From NCBI GenBank assembly GCA_038851325.1, contig JAWCKZ010000004.1:5160-69159 (forward strand): a stretch of DNA of 64,000 nt, given 5' to 3'. Both the position numbers and the translations under genes were made by a program. Below the pieces are notes generated by a model. The model made no database searches and was not told the origin of the DNA. It worked only from the letters and a program-made list of their open reading frames with translations. Source of the DNA: Candidatus Bilamarchaeaceae archaeon. GTDB lineage: Archaea; Micrarchaeota; Micrarchaeia; Anstonellales; Bilamarchaeaceae. Positions 1 through 9,837 of this stretch are shown one piece after another; the stretch's first letter is position 1, and each line of letters starts with the position of its first letter.

Positions 1-1
1 G

Positions 2-589
2 GTAATAAAAAACACACTCAAAGAGGACGAGGTTAAAAAGCTTCTTAGCGGCAAGGTTGTCGTTGAGGAAAAAATGGATGGAAAGCCAGTTTCTTTTGAG
101 ACAAGCGAGTATATTATATTCGCAGAAGATATGAAAAAGCAGCACAGCATCTTTTATGTTCTTCCGGGAAGGTATGCTATCTTCGATATATATGATAAAA
201 AAAGAAGGGTGTTTGTCTTTTCTGATGAGAAGCTTGAGCTTTCAAATGCCTTCAGGGAAGGAAAATTACAAGTCGACGGGATTTCTCCCGCACTATTCTT
301 TCCTGTTCCTGTCATCGCAACAGGAATTTTACGTATGGAAGACCTTCCTAAATTAATTGGGTTATCCGCATATGCATGCATCAAAAAAACTAGGGAAAAA
401 ACGCTTATGGAAGGAATAGTTGTAAAGCCTTATAGGGATCTCTTCCCAAAAGAATTTTTAAGCGGAAAACTTGTAAGAACTGAATTTGAAAAAGGAATAA
501 GAACGCATTATCTTCGGATGCATCCGCAATATAACATTATAGATCCATCCGTAAGGGTTATTGAGTTTCTCCCATCTCTATTTGTTTAA
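2..589 (+). CDS. Nucleotidyltransferase-superfamily ATP-dependent RNA/DNA ligase-like protein, C-terminal part (5' end lies outside the window)
   Basis: The reading frame is open from position 2 and continues upstream of the listed Met. It carries the covalent nucleotidyltransferase motif I (VVVEEKMDGKPV, KxDG), a motif IV-like EGIVVK about 90 residues later, and motif V-like lysines after that. Only about 160 aa follow motif I, so the domain is unusually compact. Confidence 0.5.
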   Translation, partial: VIKNTLKEDEVKKLLSGKVVVEEKMDGKPVSFETSEYIIFAEDMKKQHSIFYVLPGRYAIFDIYDKKRRVFVFSDEKLELSNAFREGKLQVDGISPALFFPVPVIATGILRMEDLPKLIGLSAYACIKKTREKTLMEGIVVKPYRDLFPKEFLSGKLVRTEFEKGIRTHYLRMHPQYNIIDPSVRVIEFLPSLFV

Positions 590-683
590 GTTCAACGAAT
601 TGGTCTACGGATTTCAAGTAAGCACCAGCTTGACCGGTCTTCATAGCTAAATTTATTAAAACCTCGAGGACCTATATTTTATC

Positions 684-1754
684 ATGAAAACAGGTTCGAT
701 GGAGTTACCGTTGCACATTGGCAAATGTCCCCCGTGGCTCTTTGCAAAAATGAAAGTGCTTGCAGGTAGTATATCAGAAATTATAATTGAAGAATATGGT
801 TCACGCGAATTCCTCTTCAGACTTTCCAACCCGCTTTTCTTTCAGGCATTTGGCTGTGCTCTTGGTTTTGACTGGCATTCAAGCGGCCTAACCACAACTG
901 TCTGTGGGGCATTAAAAGAGGGTATAAATGCAAATATTGGAATTGCTGTCTGCGGTGGGAAAGGAAAAACATCTCGTAAAACACCTGATGAGATCTTGAA
1001 GAAAAGCGAACGTTTGGGGATAAGCAGCAAAGAAACCGAAGCGCTAATAAAAGCGACTAGATTGAGCGCAAAGGTTGATAACAACTGCATTCAAGATGGA
1101 TATCAGCTTTATCACCATCTTTTTTTATTCGATGAACTCGGCAATTGGGCAGTTATTCAGCAGGGAATGAACGGCTTAAGAGGGTACGCGCGGAGATATC
1201 ATTGGTTTAACACAAAAAATTTTGTTGAAGCCCCACAGAACGAGATAATCGGATTTAAGGAAGAGGAGGTTCTGAACCTTGTAAGCCGGAATTCCGAGAA
1301 TACAAGAAAGGCGAGCGTAGACCTTGTAAGAGATAACCCAATACGGCTTCAAAAATATCTAAATGGACAAAGTGCGCTCTTTGGCAATTTTAGGATGCCG
1401 CAGAGGCATGAGATATTAGAATGCGATTTGACAAAGCGCGACTGGGAGATGCTGCATGCTGCGTATGAGTACCAACCGCAAAATTATGAGGAACTTGTTG
1501 CGCTTCGCGGTATTGGCGCCAAGAGTTTGAGAGCGCTTGCACTCCTCTCAAAGTTGATTTATGGCACAGAAGTTGATTGGAAGGATCCTATAAAATACTC
1601 TTTTGCTCACGGCGGCAAAGATGGGATACCTTATCCAGTTGAGAGGGAAATATACGATGAAAGCATAGAATTTCTAAGAGACGCTGTAACCGAAGCAAGG
1701 ATTGAAAAAAGAGAGAAACTAACGGCGCTCAAAAGATTAGAAGCCGTTTTCTGA
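684..1754 (+). CDS. DUF763-family protein with a helix-hairpin-helix motif
   Basis: 356 aa. The N-terminal block (PPWLF ... FGCALGFDWHSSGLTTT) matches what I recall of DUF763/COG1415. The C-terminal half has a clear HhH motif (LVALRGIGAKSLRALALL), suggesting nucleic-acid binding. Confidence 0.5.
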   Translation: MKTGSMELPLHIGKCPPWLFAKMKVLAGSISEIIIEEYGSREFLFRLSNPLFFQAFGCALGFDWHSSGLTTTVCGALKEGINANIGIAVCGGKGKTSRKTPDEILKKSERLGISSKETEALIKATRLSAKVDNNCIQDGYQLYHHLFLFDELGNWAVIQQGMNGLRGYARRYHWFNTKNFVEAPQNEIIGFKEEEVLNLVSRNSENTRKASVDLVRDNPIRLQKYLNGQSALFGNFRMPQRHEILECDLTKRDWEMLHAAYEYQPQNYEELVALRGIGAKSLRALALLSKLIYGTEVDWKDPIKYSFAHGGKDGIPYPVEREIYDESIEFLRDAVTEARIEKREKLTALKRLEAVF

Positions 1755-1842
1755 TTCTAACCGCTATATAGCAGCAGCAATTTTGTTAGAAAATATGGAA
1801 TGAAAAGGTTTTTATATATCCTTATGTCTTATATATCCATAA

Positions 1843-1863
1843 AAAGTCATAAAAAATGACTTT
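1843..1863. promoter_or_regulatory. Perfect 8-nt inverted repeat (AAAGTCAT-aaaaa-ATGACTTT) spanning the start codon of the 545-aa ORF
   Basis: Read directly from the sequence. The right arm begins with the ATG at 1856. Confidence 0.5.
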
Positions 1864-3493
1864 GGGAGAGTTTATGAAGGCAGGCATCCAAGAAAAACAC
1901 GAACAATCAGGATATGCTAAAGAGAAAAAGGGGAGCGACTTTGCAAAAAAGACACCGCTCTCCGAGTATCTCAAGAAACAGACAGAAACAGTGCTGGCTG
2001 ATGGAAGAGATCATATCAATGCACTCTACAAAGACGCTGCAGAACTCTGGAAGGAGAAAGCTGCTAAAGCGGACGGAAAACCAGTTTTCTACTTTATCGC
2101 GACATTCGACTGCGCTAGAGTCAATATGAAAAATTCTCTTCTAACAAGAAATGGTGGAGATGCATGCATAGCGGCATTCATAGATACCCAAACAGCAGCC
2201 GCTAAAGCGACATTCTGCGATTCGCAGAACAATGGAATTGATATGTTTAACATAAGGGTTTCTCAGTATTCAGATGAAACTGCAACACACGCGGCAGGTA
2301 ATGCCATTAGTCCCTATACCGCTAAAGTATTTACTGAAAATCTTGCTGCCGCAAAGGAAAGAATTTATAGAGAAAGGGAGAATTACAAATTTGAAGTTGT
2401 TGTAGGCGAAGGAAAAGAAGCAAAAAAGTTGAAGTTGAACCTGCACGCTGCATCTATTGTTTTCAAGCATCCAGAGGTAGTAACCGCTTATAACATGAAA
2501 GGCCCGGTTGTCGAAAGAGTTTTGCCCAAAGAACAAAATGATTTCATAAAGGAGAAAATAAAGACGATGGAGGGCGAAAAGCCATGGATGCATGCGCTAC
2601 CACGCGACTTAAGGTTTGAAAGCGGTAGAGTAGACATCCACACTGAGCTTGATGACGCATCAGCGGAAGAGCTCAAAAACGGCGGAGTTGTTATTCAACT
2701 TAAGTACGCCCTAAAAGATCAAAAGCACATCAAAAGCCTTTTTAGAATTCTTAATGATGGGTGGGACGGGAATGGAGCGAAAGGTCTTAGAAAATGTTAT
2801 TCCGCCATCATATCAAACAGCTACGCATTAACAGGACTTAATACGATATGGGGAAATGCATTTGGTAACGCCCTTACATCCGCAGGGCTTCATGGGGTGG
2901 AACGATTTAAAGAAGATACGGGCATCGTCATAAAAAGAATTCCTGGTTCATATTATCACTATCACGCAAATATGAACATCTCAGAATGGGAAAGGTATGA
3001 AGATAGATTAATAAAGGCGATTCTTGGAACAATTCAGGCTAAACCTACAGAAGTAAATGAAGAAGGGCGTATCGTGCACACGCCTTTCTACCCGCAACTT
3101 ACTGTCATCGAATCAGTGGGAAAAAACATGGATGAATTGAGAGCGCTTTTTACCTTGAAATCACTCGGAAAGCATCTCCCGGCAGATGCGCTCGCCAGGG
3201 CAGATTTTCTTGTGAATTTTATAGACAATATAAAAGGCAGTGAGGATGGAACGCCAATAAAGGAGAAGATGCTGGAAGAGGTTGGTATAAGCAAAGAAGA
3301 AATGAATGCTATAAACATTATCTACAGATATTGTACTAACTATAGAACGGTTCGGGATGCGCAAGACCTAATCTGGGTGTTGAGATTGAATAGAGAAGAA
3401 GCGCTCGAGCGCGTGTTCTGGCAAATTGCCCTTGAGAAAGGAAAAAAGCTGCAAGAGGCGTTTCTGCTTAAGATTGCGCAGCTCGTATACTAG
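1856..3493 (+). CDS. Hypothetical protein, 545 aa, no recognisable motifs
   Basis: Long clean ORF immediately downstream of the ligase-like and DUF763 genes. It has no Walker or other catalytic signatures I can identify. A perfect palindrome overlaps its start codon. Confidence 0.55.
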   Translation: MTLGEFMKAGIQEKHEQSGYAKEKKGSDFAKKTPLSEYLKKQTETVLADGRDHINALYKDAAELWKEKAAKADGKPVFYFIATFDCARVNMKNSLLTRNGGDACIAAFIDTQTAAAKATFCDSQNNGIDMFNIRVSQYSDETATHAAGNAISPYTAKVFTENLAAAKERIYRERENYKFEVVVGEGKEAKKLKLNLHAASIVFKHPEVVTAYNMKGPVVERVLPKEQNDFIKEKIKTMEGEKPWMHALPRDLRFESGRVDIHTELDDASAEELKNGGVVIQLKYALKDQKHIKSLFRILNDGWDGNGAKGLRKCYSAIISNSYALTGLNTIWGNAFGNALTSAGLHGVERFKEDTGIVIKRIPGSYYHYHANMNISEWERYEDRLIKAILGTIQAKPTEVNEEGRIVHTPFYPQLTVIESVGKNMDELRALFTLKSLGKHLPADALARADFLVNFIDNIKGSEDGTPIKEKMLEEVGISKEEMNAINIIYRYCTNYRTVRDAQDLIWVLRLNREEALERVFWQIALEKGKKLQEAFLLKIAQLVY

Positions 3494-3495
3494 GT

Positions 3496-4170
3496 TCATT
3501 TTCCAAGCGAGTTAGAGCGATCATAAGAGCCGTTCTTAACAGCAGCAATGCAATCGTTTTCTATTTCTTCAATTGACTTAAACTCAATGCCGTATTTCTT
3601 GCAATCTTCTTCAATAGCATTGTAAGAAGACGAGAGATTACACGCAATGTATGCTCTAAGACCTTCCTCTACGCTTATACGCTTCTTATGTATCATGTAA
3701 GTATCAGATTGCATTACGCGTATTCGATAGATCACGTTCTTCGGTAAGAGTAAATTTTCTTTTTCATCACGATAGCAATTGTCTTTTTTTGGAAGTTCAA
3801 AGCAGCCTTCTGTTATCCAATTGTTTGCTCTCGCAATAGAGAAATCAATCATGAAAAGCGTTGGAAGGTCCTTTTCTTTCTCGGCTTTTGGAATAAGGGA
3901 ATTCCATGCCATTACAAGCTGAAGAACAGCGTCAACCTTTGTTAATTCGAGAACTAATTGTTTTTCTGTGATCTCTTTGTTTTTAAAATACTCGATTATC
4001 GCTGAGCGATATTCTCTGGCCTGCTTCTCCATCTCGGGAATAAGATCTCTGTTCAAAACGGCTTTTTGAAGAACATCTGGGGTCGGCTCAAGAGAAGCAG
4101 CCCACCTACGATGAGAACTATATAAATCCCGCCTTGCTTTGTCCGCACTCTTATAAACCGGACCAGCCAT
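3496..4170 (-). CDS. Hypothetical protein, 224 aa
   Basis: Clean ORF convergent on the 545-aa ORF with a 2-bp gap. No recognisable domain. Confidence 0.45.
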   Translation of the reverse strand: MAGPVYKSADKARRDLYSSHRRWAASLEPTPDVLQKAVLNRDLIPEMEKQAREYRSAIIEYFKNKEITEKQLVLELTKVDAVLQLVMAWNSLIPKAEKEKDLPTLFMIDFSIARANNWITEGCFELPKKDNCYRDEKENLLLPKNVIYRIRVMQSDTYMIHKKRISVEEGLRAYIACNLSSSYNAIEEDCKKYGIEFKSIEEIENDCIAAVKNGSYDRSNSLGK

Positions 4171-4314
4171 TATCTCCCTCTTTAAATTCTTTCTTCAACA
4201 GAAATACTTAATACTTTCTTATATTCTCTCTTATATTCTCTCTTATATTTTTACACTTATCACGCCTTACACATTTGTACATTTAATAAGAAAAATATAT
4301 AAAGGTGCGCACTT

Positions 4315-5589
4315 TTACAAAAGTCTTGCTGCAAGTGCCTCTGCTGCGCCTTTTGCTTCTTCGTTTATTGCTTCTTCGTCTAAAGTAAGTACTTTTTTGT
4401 CCTTCATAACTATTTTGCCGTTTATGATAACATCACTAACGTTCTGCGGGCCTCCAGAGTAAACAATATTTGCAACCAAATCGTATTCTGGAAGAAGATT
4501 ACCGCTTCTCTCAAGCAAAACAATGTCTGCGAGTTTTCCTTTTTCTATGCCCCCGCTGTTCAGTCCAAGCGCTCTTGCGCCATTTTTTGTACCAAACTCA
4601 AATATCTTTCTGAGCGGGATGGCATCTGCTTTCCAGTACTGATGCTTTTGAAGAAGTGCGGCAATTTTCATGCTCTCAAACATGTTGAGAGAGTTATTAC
4701 TAGCAGCACTATCTGTGCCTATCGTCACATTTGCTCCTGCAGCATCGAACTCACTTATCGGACATATTCCACCAGTTGCCAGTTTGAGATTGCTAACCGG
4801 GCAGTGACTAATACTTGCACCTTTTTTTCCTGCGAGCGCAATCTCCCGCGTTGTTACCCATCCAGCATGCGCAAATATGCTGTTCTCATCAACGAGCCCA
4901 AGGGAATCCATATATTCGAACGGATATTTTCTCTTTGTGTTCAATATATCAAATACCTCCTTTCTCGTTTCGCTTAGATGAATATGAAACTTTAGACCCT
5001 CTCTGTTTGCCAACTCTTTTGCGTTGATGAGTAGTTCCTCGCTGCAAGTATACGGCGCGTGACAGGAGACGATTGGAATTACGAGGTCGTTTGTGCCTTT
5101 CCATTTCTTGACAAATTCTGTAGCTGCGGAAAGCTCTTTTTTCGTTTCTCTACCAGGCACCAAATCAAACATTGCGCGTGGAACAGATATACGAATTCCA
5201 GCCTCGAGTGCTGCCTTTACGGTCTCTTCAACATAGTAAATGTACATGTCGTTGAAAGCAGTAACCCCGCTTTTTATACATTCAATAATACCGAGTAGGG
5301 AACCCCATCGTACATCTTTTGCAGATAGCCTCGCTTCCGCGGGCCATATTTTTTTCTGAAGCCACTCGTGTAGTGGAAGGTCTTCACCGTATCCACGAAG
5401 GAGCGTCATTGCTATGTGGGTATGAGTATTTACAAGTCCAGGAATCGCGATCTTTCCTCTTGCGTCTATCGTTTCCTCAGTCCTTTCCTCTATGTTTTTT
5501 CCGATCTCTTCTATTCTGTTTTCAACTATCAAAATGTCTCCTTTGAATATCTTCTCGGCAACGATCGTCGCATCTTTAATTAAAATCAT
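4315..5589 (-). CDS. mtaD: Amidohydrolase-family deaminase (MtaD/DadD-like 5'-methylthioadenosine / S-adenosylhomocysteine / 5'-deoxyadenosine deaminase)
   Basis: N-terminal metal-binding HTHIAMTLLRG motif typical of MtaD-type amidohydrolases. Conserved His/Asp positions are present downstream (HIHLSE, HCP, TDSAASNN). 424 aa. Confidence 0.75.
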   Translation of the reverse strand: MILIKDATIVAEKIFKGDILIVENRIEEIGKNIEERTEETIDARGKIAIPGLVNTHTHIAMTLLRGYGEDLPLHEWLQKKIWPAEARLSAKDVRWGSLLGIIECIKSGVTAFNDMYIYYVEETVKAALEAGIRISVPRAMFDLVPGRETKKELSAATEFVKKWKGTNDLVIPIVSCHAPYTCSEELLINAKELANREGLKFHIHLSETRKEVFDILNTKRKYPFEYMDSLGLVDENSIFAHAGWVTTREIALAGKKGASISHCPVSNLKLATGGICPISEFDAAGANVTIGTDSAASNNSLNMFESMKIAALLQKHQYWKADAIPLRKIFEFGTKNGARALGLNSGGIEKGKLADIVLLERSGNLLPEYDLVANIVYSGGPQNVSDVIINGKIVMKDKKVLTLDEEAINEEAKGAAEALAARLL

Positions 5590-5667
5590 GTGAAAAATTA
5601 GATGATTAAAATTAAAACTTTTTGGCGCACCGCAAGTTTTTTAAAATGTTATATAACATAGTATATC

Positions 5668-6261
5668 ATGGTTAAAATTTCGAGTGCAAAACCCCCAATC
5701 GCCGGAAAGAATGCAGTCCCACCGATTGCTCGATATATACTTCCGTTGGAAAAAGATGCTATCATGAAACGTGGTCCACTCATAAGTATGCACACTGAAA
5801 GTTGTGTGTCTGAACCTGTTGAAAAAAAGACAACTATTTACAGTCCTACATTTGAACTTAGAAAAAAATATGTGTTAGACAATGCGCATGACAAAACTGA
5901 AGAAAGAATACTTACGCTTACCAAGATAGAAAGCGTCAATTTAGGGCTCGAAATTACTAAAGATCGCGCGCCGGTGTTTTTCATAAGAAATGAAAAGAAT
6001 ACAAATGAATTCAAAGTGCCTTATGGGCTATTTATTGAGCTAAGGCCAGACTTAGTTTCACGTCTCATCGATTTAAACCTACCAGAAATTCATTTATATT
6101 CGATATTTAGAACCGGAGAATTCAACCAGGTATTAAAGCCGCTTGCAGTTCAGCTTCTTCAAAAAATTAAATATCCAATTCTTAATACCAGGGTATTCAT
6201 GCAAAAAGCTTCGATGGTGTTTAATGTTTCACAGATAGATAGAGTAGAGATAATAGATTAA
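5668..6261 (+). CDS. Hypothetical protein, 197 aa
   Basis: ORF with a plausible spacing context; no recognisable motifs. Confidence 0.4.
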   Translation: MVKISSAKPPIAGKNAVPPIARYILPLEKDAIMKRGPLISMHTESCVSEPVEKKTTIYSPTFELRKKYVLDNAHDKTEERILTLTKIESVNLGLEITKDRAPVFFIRNEKNTNEFKVPYGLFIELRPDLVSRLIDLNLPEIHLYSIFRTGEFNQVLKPLAVQLLQKIKYPILNTRVFMQKASMVFNVSQIDRVEIID

Positions 6262-6276
6262 TCAAAAACGATAGTC

Positions 6277-7020
6277 TCAACCATAGTGCGTCGTCTTAAA
6301 TTCTCGTATTACTTCTTCAAGTTCCTTTTTTAGTTTTTTGCGCTTTCCCTCGCTTATTTTTATTGTATGGATTTTTTCGCTCCATTTCCCTATGGCCGCC
6401 ATTATTCTCTGGAACGTCCTTTCGTTATCTGTATACTTTGCGTACTGAAGAAGAGCAGAAAGAGCATACGGTGAATTTGATTCTCCGAGCGCGTTTATTA
6501 TAGAATTTCTCAGCATCAAATGGGCCTCTGTCTCTATTGCTGAGACTCTGCTGTAATGATATGTAAGCAGCTTTGCTGCGTCGTCGTTCTCGCTCATTTT
6601 ACCTAGAAGTGTTATTATTTCCATTAGCCCTTCCGCAGACGTGTTGTAGTTGAACATAGCCCTATAGACTTCCATCCTTAATCGCGCTGGCTCATCGTGC
6701 GGATTTTTTGCTTTAAAGTAATCATAAACATGAACAGTCTTGAACTCAAAATATTGAGAGAGTGACTCATGAAGCATAAAGAGAATGAGCTGTCTAACGG
6801 TTTCATTTCCATCCTTGTAAAGTTTCAAAATATTTGTTACTGCTTCATTTTTAGAGTCCTCGTCCACTGCTACAGGATAAAATTTCAACGAAAAAATATT
6901 TTTCTCTATGTCTTTTACGATTTCGTCCATCGACTTCTCTGGAGATCTTTCGGTTTGTTTCTCTGTCTTTTTTTCTTCTTGCTCCCTCTCTCCCATAATA
7001 CTCACGTCCTTGCCGTGCAT
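6277..7020 (-). CDS. HEAT/PBS-lyase-like repeat protein
   Basis: Repeated amphipathic helix pairs (ALSALLQYAK ... RIMAAIGKW). Acidic N-terminus. 247 aa. Confidence 0.45.
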   Translation of the reverse strand: MHGKDVSIMGEREQEEKKTEKQTERSPEKSMDEIVKDIEKNIFSLKFYPVAVDEDSKNEAVTNILKLYKDGNETVRQLILFMLHESLSQYFEFKTVHVYDYFKAKNPHDEPARLRMEVYRAMFNYNTSAEGLMEIITLLGKMSENDDAAKLLTYHYSRVSAIETEAHLMLRNSIINALGESNSPYALSALLQYAKYTDNERTFQRIMAAIGKWSEKIHTIKISEGKRKKLKKELEEVIREFKTTHYG

Positions 7021-7090
7021 CCAATCGCACGTACGTGTTAAGTAAAAAGAAGATCATGAATTTAAAAAGATTATCTAACACCCAATATTC

Positions 7091-9829
7091 ATGAATTTTC
7101 AAGAAATCGATGCCAAGTGGAATAGAATATGGCAGGAGAAAAAGTGTTTTGATGCAGAACCGAACGAAAAAAAGAAAAAGCTTATAACCGCTGCGTTTCC
7201 GTATCCAAATTCTCCACAGCACATCGGCCATGGAAGGACATACACAACTACGGATGTGTACGCTCGTTATCTCAGGCTCAAAGGCTATAATGTGCTCTTC
7301 CCAATGGCTTTTCATGTCACCGGTACTCCGATCATAGCAATGGCTCAGCGGATTGCAAGCCGAGACCAAGAGATCATAAAGATTTTTTCCGAAATTTACG
7401 GCATTAGCAAGGAAAAAACAAAAACCCTTACTGACCCTGAAAAACTTGTGCTATATTTTTCCCATGAGATTGAACAAGGAATGCGGGAGATGGGATACAG
7501 CATAGACTGGAGAAGAAAGTTTTACACCTTTGATCGGAAGTTTAATGCATTTATTCAATGGCAATTCAGAAAATTAAAAGAACTTGGCTATTTAGTGAAA
7601 GGAGAGTATCCAATTGCGTGGTGCCCGAACGATAGACAGGCTGTTAGCGCGCATGATACAAAAGGGGATATAGACCCTGAGCTTGAACAGGTAACTGTGA
7701 TAAAATTTCCTGCGGATGATGGAAGCGGCTCATTTGTTGTTACCACTTATAGACCAGAAACTGTTTATGGCGTGACTAACATCTGGATAAACCCAAATGG
7801 AGAGTATGTAAGAGCAAAATTAAACGGAGAAATTGTGTATATCGCAAAAAAAGCAGCAGAGATGATTGGTTACCAAGTCGAAATGGATATCCTTCAAGGT
7901 GTTAAAGCAGAACAGCTTCTGCGTGTGAAAGCAAAGAATCCTATGACTGGTTCTGTCGTTCCGATTTATCCTGCTACATTCGTGAAGGAAGATGTAGGTA
8001 CAGGAATAGTGATGTCGGTTCCAGCGCACGCGCCCTATGATTATCTTGCACTTCGCGACCTTGGAAAGGGCGATATAGAGATGCCACAGGTTATCGAACT
8101 TCCTGGTTACGGAAAGGCGCCGGCACGAGAGGTTGTTGAACGGATGGGGGTAAAAAATCAAGATGACCCAATGGCGGAGAACGCAACAAATGAGGTTTAT
8201 AAAAAAGAAGCACATGAAGGCAGAATGGCCGTAGGAAAATACAAAGGAATGCCTGTCATCCAAGCGAAGGAAAAAGTTGCAGAAGATCTTATTTCTGAAA
8301 ACAACGCATTAAAGATATACACGATTGCTAACGCTCCTCTATATTGCAGATGCGGAGAGAGAGTTATTGTGAATATTCTTAAGGATCAGTGGTTTATTGA
8401 TTATGGAAATCTGGAATGGAAGGAGAGAACACGAAACTGTCTCTCGAAGATGCGGATTTTGCCTGAGGAAACCCGCGCAGCCCTTCTCGCAACCATTGAT
8501 TGGTTAAAGACAAAGCCATGCACGCGTGCAAAAGGACTTGGCACAAGATTCCCGTTTGATGAAAGCAAGGTAATAGAGGCGCTCTCGGACTCAACGATAT
8601 ATACAGCATACTACACGATAGCACATTTACTCTCTTCCTTCGATGAAAAAGAAATAAACGACGCGCTCTTCGATTATGTATTTCTAGGAAAAGGGAAAAA
8701 GAAAAAAGAATGGGAGCCACTTAGAAAAAGTTTTCTCTATTGGTATCCAGTCGATTCCAGGCATAGCGCAGGGGATTTGATAAGAAATCATCTTGCACTT
8801 TTCATCTTTAATCATACAGCGATATTTCCAGAAGAACACTGGCCAAAGCAGATAGTAACAAATGGTTTTGTGTTAATGGACGGCGCAAAGATGAGCAAAA
8901 GCATGGGAAACATACTACCGTTAAGAAAAGCCATTGCAGAGTATGGCGCGGATGTTATTCGTCTTTCAGTAGTATGTGGAGCTGACCTCCTCCATGATAC
9001 TGACTTCAACAGAAGTGTCGCTGATGGAATAAGAAGCAGACTGCTGTATTTCGAAGAATTACTAAAACGCTGCGATGAACGCAGTGAGAGACAACAGATA
9101 GACGCATGGTTATTGTCAAAACTTAACAGGAGGTTGAAGAGAGCAGAAGCACTTTATGAAGCAGTGGATTTAAGAGGGGTTGCAATGGAGCTCTTTTACG
9201 AGCTCACAAACGACTTGAAGTGGTACGCAAGAAGAACAAAGACGATGAATTTAAGAGAGTTCTTCGAAAAGTGGACAACCGCAATTTCCCCGTTTGTACC
9301 GCATATTGCAGAAGAGTTCTGGGAAGCTCTTGATAAGAAAGGGCTCATTGTGGAGCAGGAATTCCCAGCGGTAGACGAAAAGGCAATAGATGATAAGCTG
9401 GAAAGAGCAGAGGAGTTCATAGCACAGACGGCAGAGGATATAAATAGGATAATGGAGCTCATCGGGGCAAAAATGGGGAAAAAACCAGAGAGGATAACGC
9501 TTTGTGTGGCTGATGAGTGGAAACGCAGACTCTACAAAATAGCGAAAGAGCAGAAGGAAATTGGAAAGATAATGGCTGCTGCAAGGACAGATCCTGTGCT
9601 TGCACAGCATATGAAAGAGCTTCCAACTATTGCAAAACAAATAATAAAAAATATTCACACACTACCCGAACCCATGTCTGAGGAAGCTGAACTTGCGATA
9701 CTTAATGAAGCAGCAGAATTTTTTGAACGAGAGAGCGGTTGCACCATAATTGTCGAGAGGGAAAATGTCGTGGCGCATGAAAGAGCAAAAAATGCGATGC
9801 CGAACAAGCCTGCGATCATCATCGTTTGA
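7091..9829 (+). CDS. leuS: Leucyl-tRNA synthetase (archaeal type)
   Basis: 912 aa. HIGH motif (PQHIGHGRTY), KMSKS motif (GAKMSKSMGNI), and an editing-domain insertion. Confidence 0.95.
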   Translation: MNFQEIDAKWNRIWQEKKCFDAEPNEKKKKLITAAFPYPNSPQHIGHGRTYTTTDVYARYLRLKGYNVLFPMAFHVTGTPIIAMAQRIASRDQEIIKIFSEIYGISKEKTKTLTDPEKLVLYFSHEIEQGMREMGYSIDWRRKFYTFDRKFNAFIQWQFRKLKELGYLVKGEYPIAWCPNDRQAVSAHDTKGDIDPELEQVTVIKFPADDGSGSFVVTTYRPETVYGVTNIWINPNGEYVRAKLNGEIVYIAKKAAEMIGYQVEMDILQGVKAEQLLRVKAKNPMTGSVVPIYPATFVKEDVGTGIVMSVPAHAPYDYLALRDLGKGDIEMPQVIELPGYGKAPAREVVERMGVKNQDDPMAENATNEVYKKEAHEGRMAVGKYKGMPVIQAKEKVAEDLISENNALKIYTIANAPLYCRCGERVIVNILKDQWFIDYGNLEWKERTRNCLSKMRILPEETRAALLATIDWLKTKPCTRAKGLGTRFPFDESKVIEALSDSTIYTAYYTIAHLLSSFDEKEINDALFDYVFLGKGKKKKEWEPLRKSFLYWYPVDSRHSAGDLIRNHLALFIFNHTAIFPEEHWPKQIVTNGFVLMDGAKMSKSMGNILPLRKAIAEYGADVIRLSVVCGADLLHDTDFNRSVADGIRSRLLYFEELLKRCDERSERQQIDAWLLSKLNRRLKRAEALYEAVDLRGVAMELFYELTNDLKWYARRTKTMNLREFFEKWTTAISPFVPHIAEEFWEALDKKGLIVEQEFPAVDEKAIDDKLERAEEFIAQTAEDINRIMELIGAKMGKKPERITLCVADEWKRRLYKIAKEQKEIGKIMAAARTDPVLAQHMKELPTIAKQIIKNIHTLPEPMSEEAELAILNEAAEFFERESGCTIIVERENVVAHERAKNAMPNKPAIIIV

Positions 9830-9837
9830 TAGAATTG

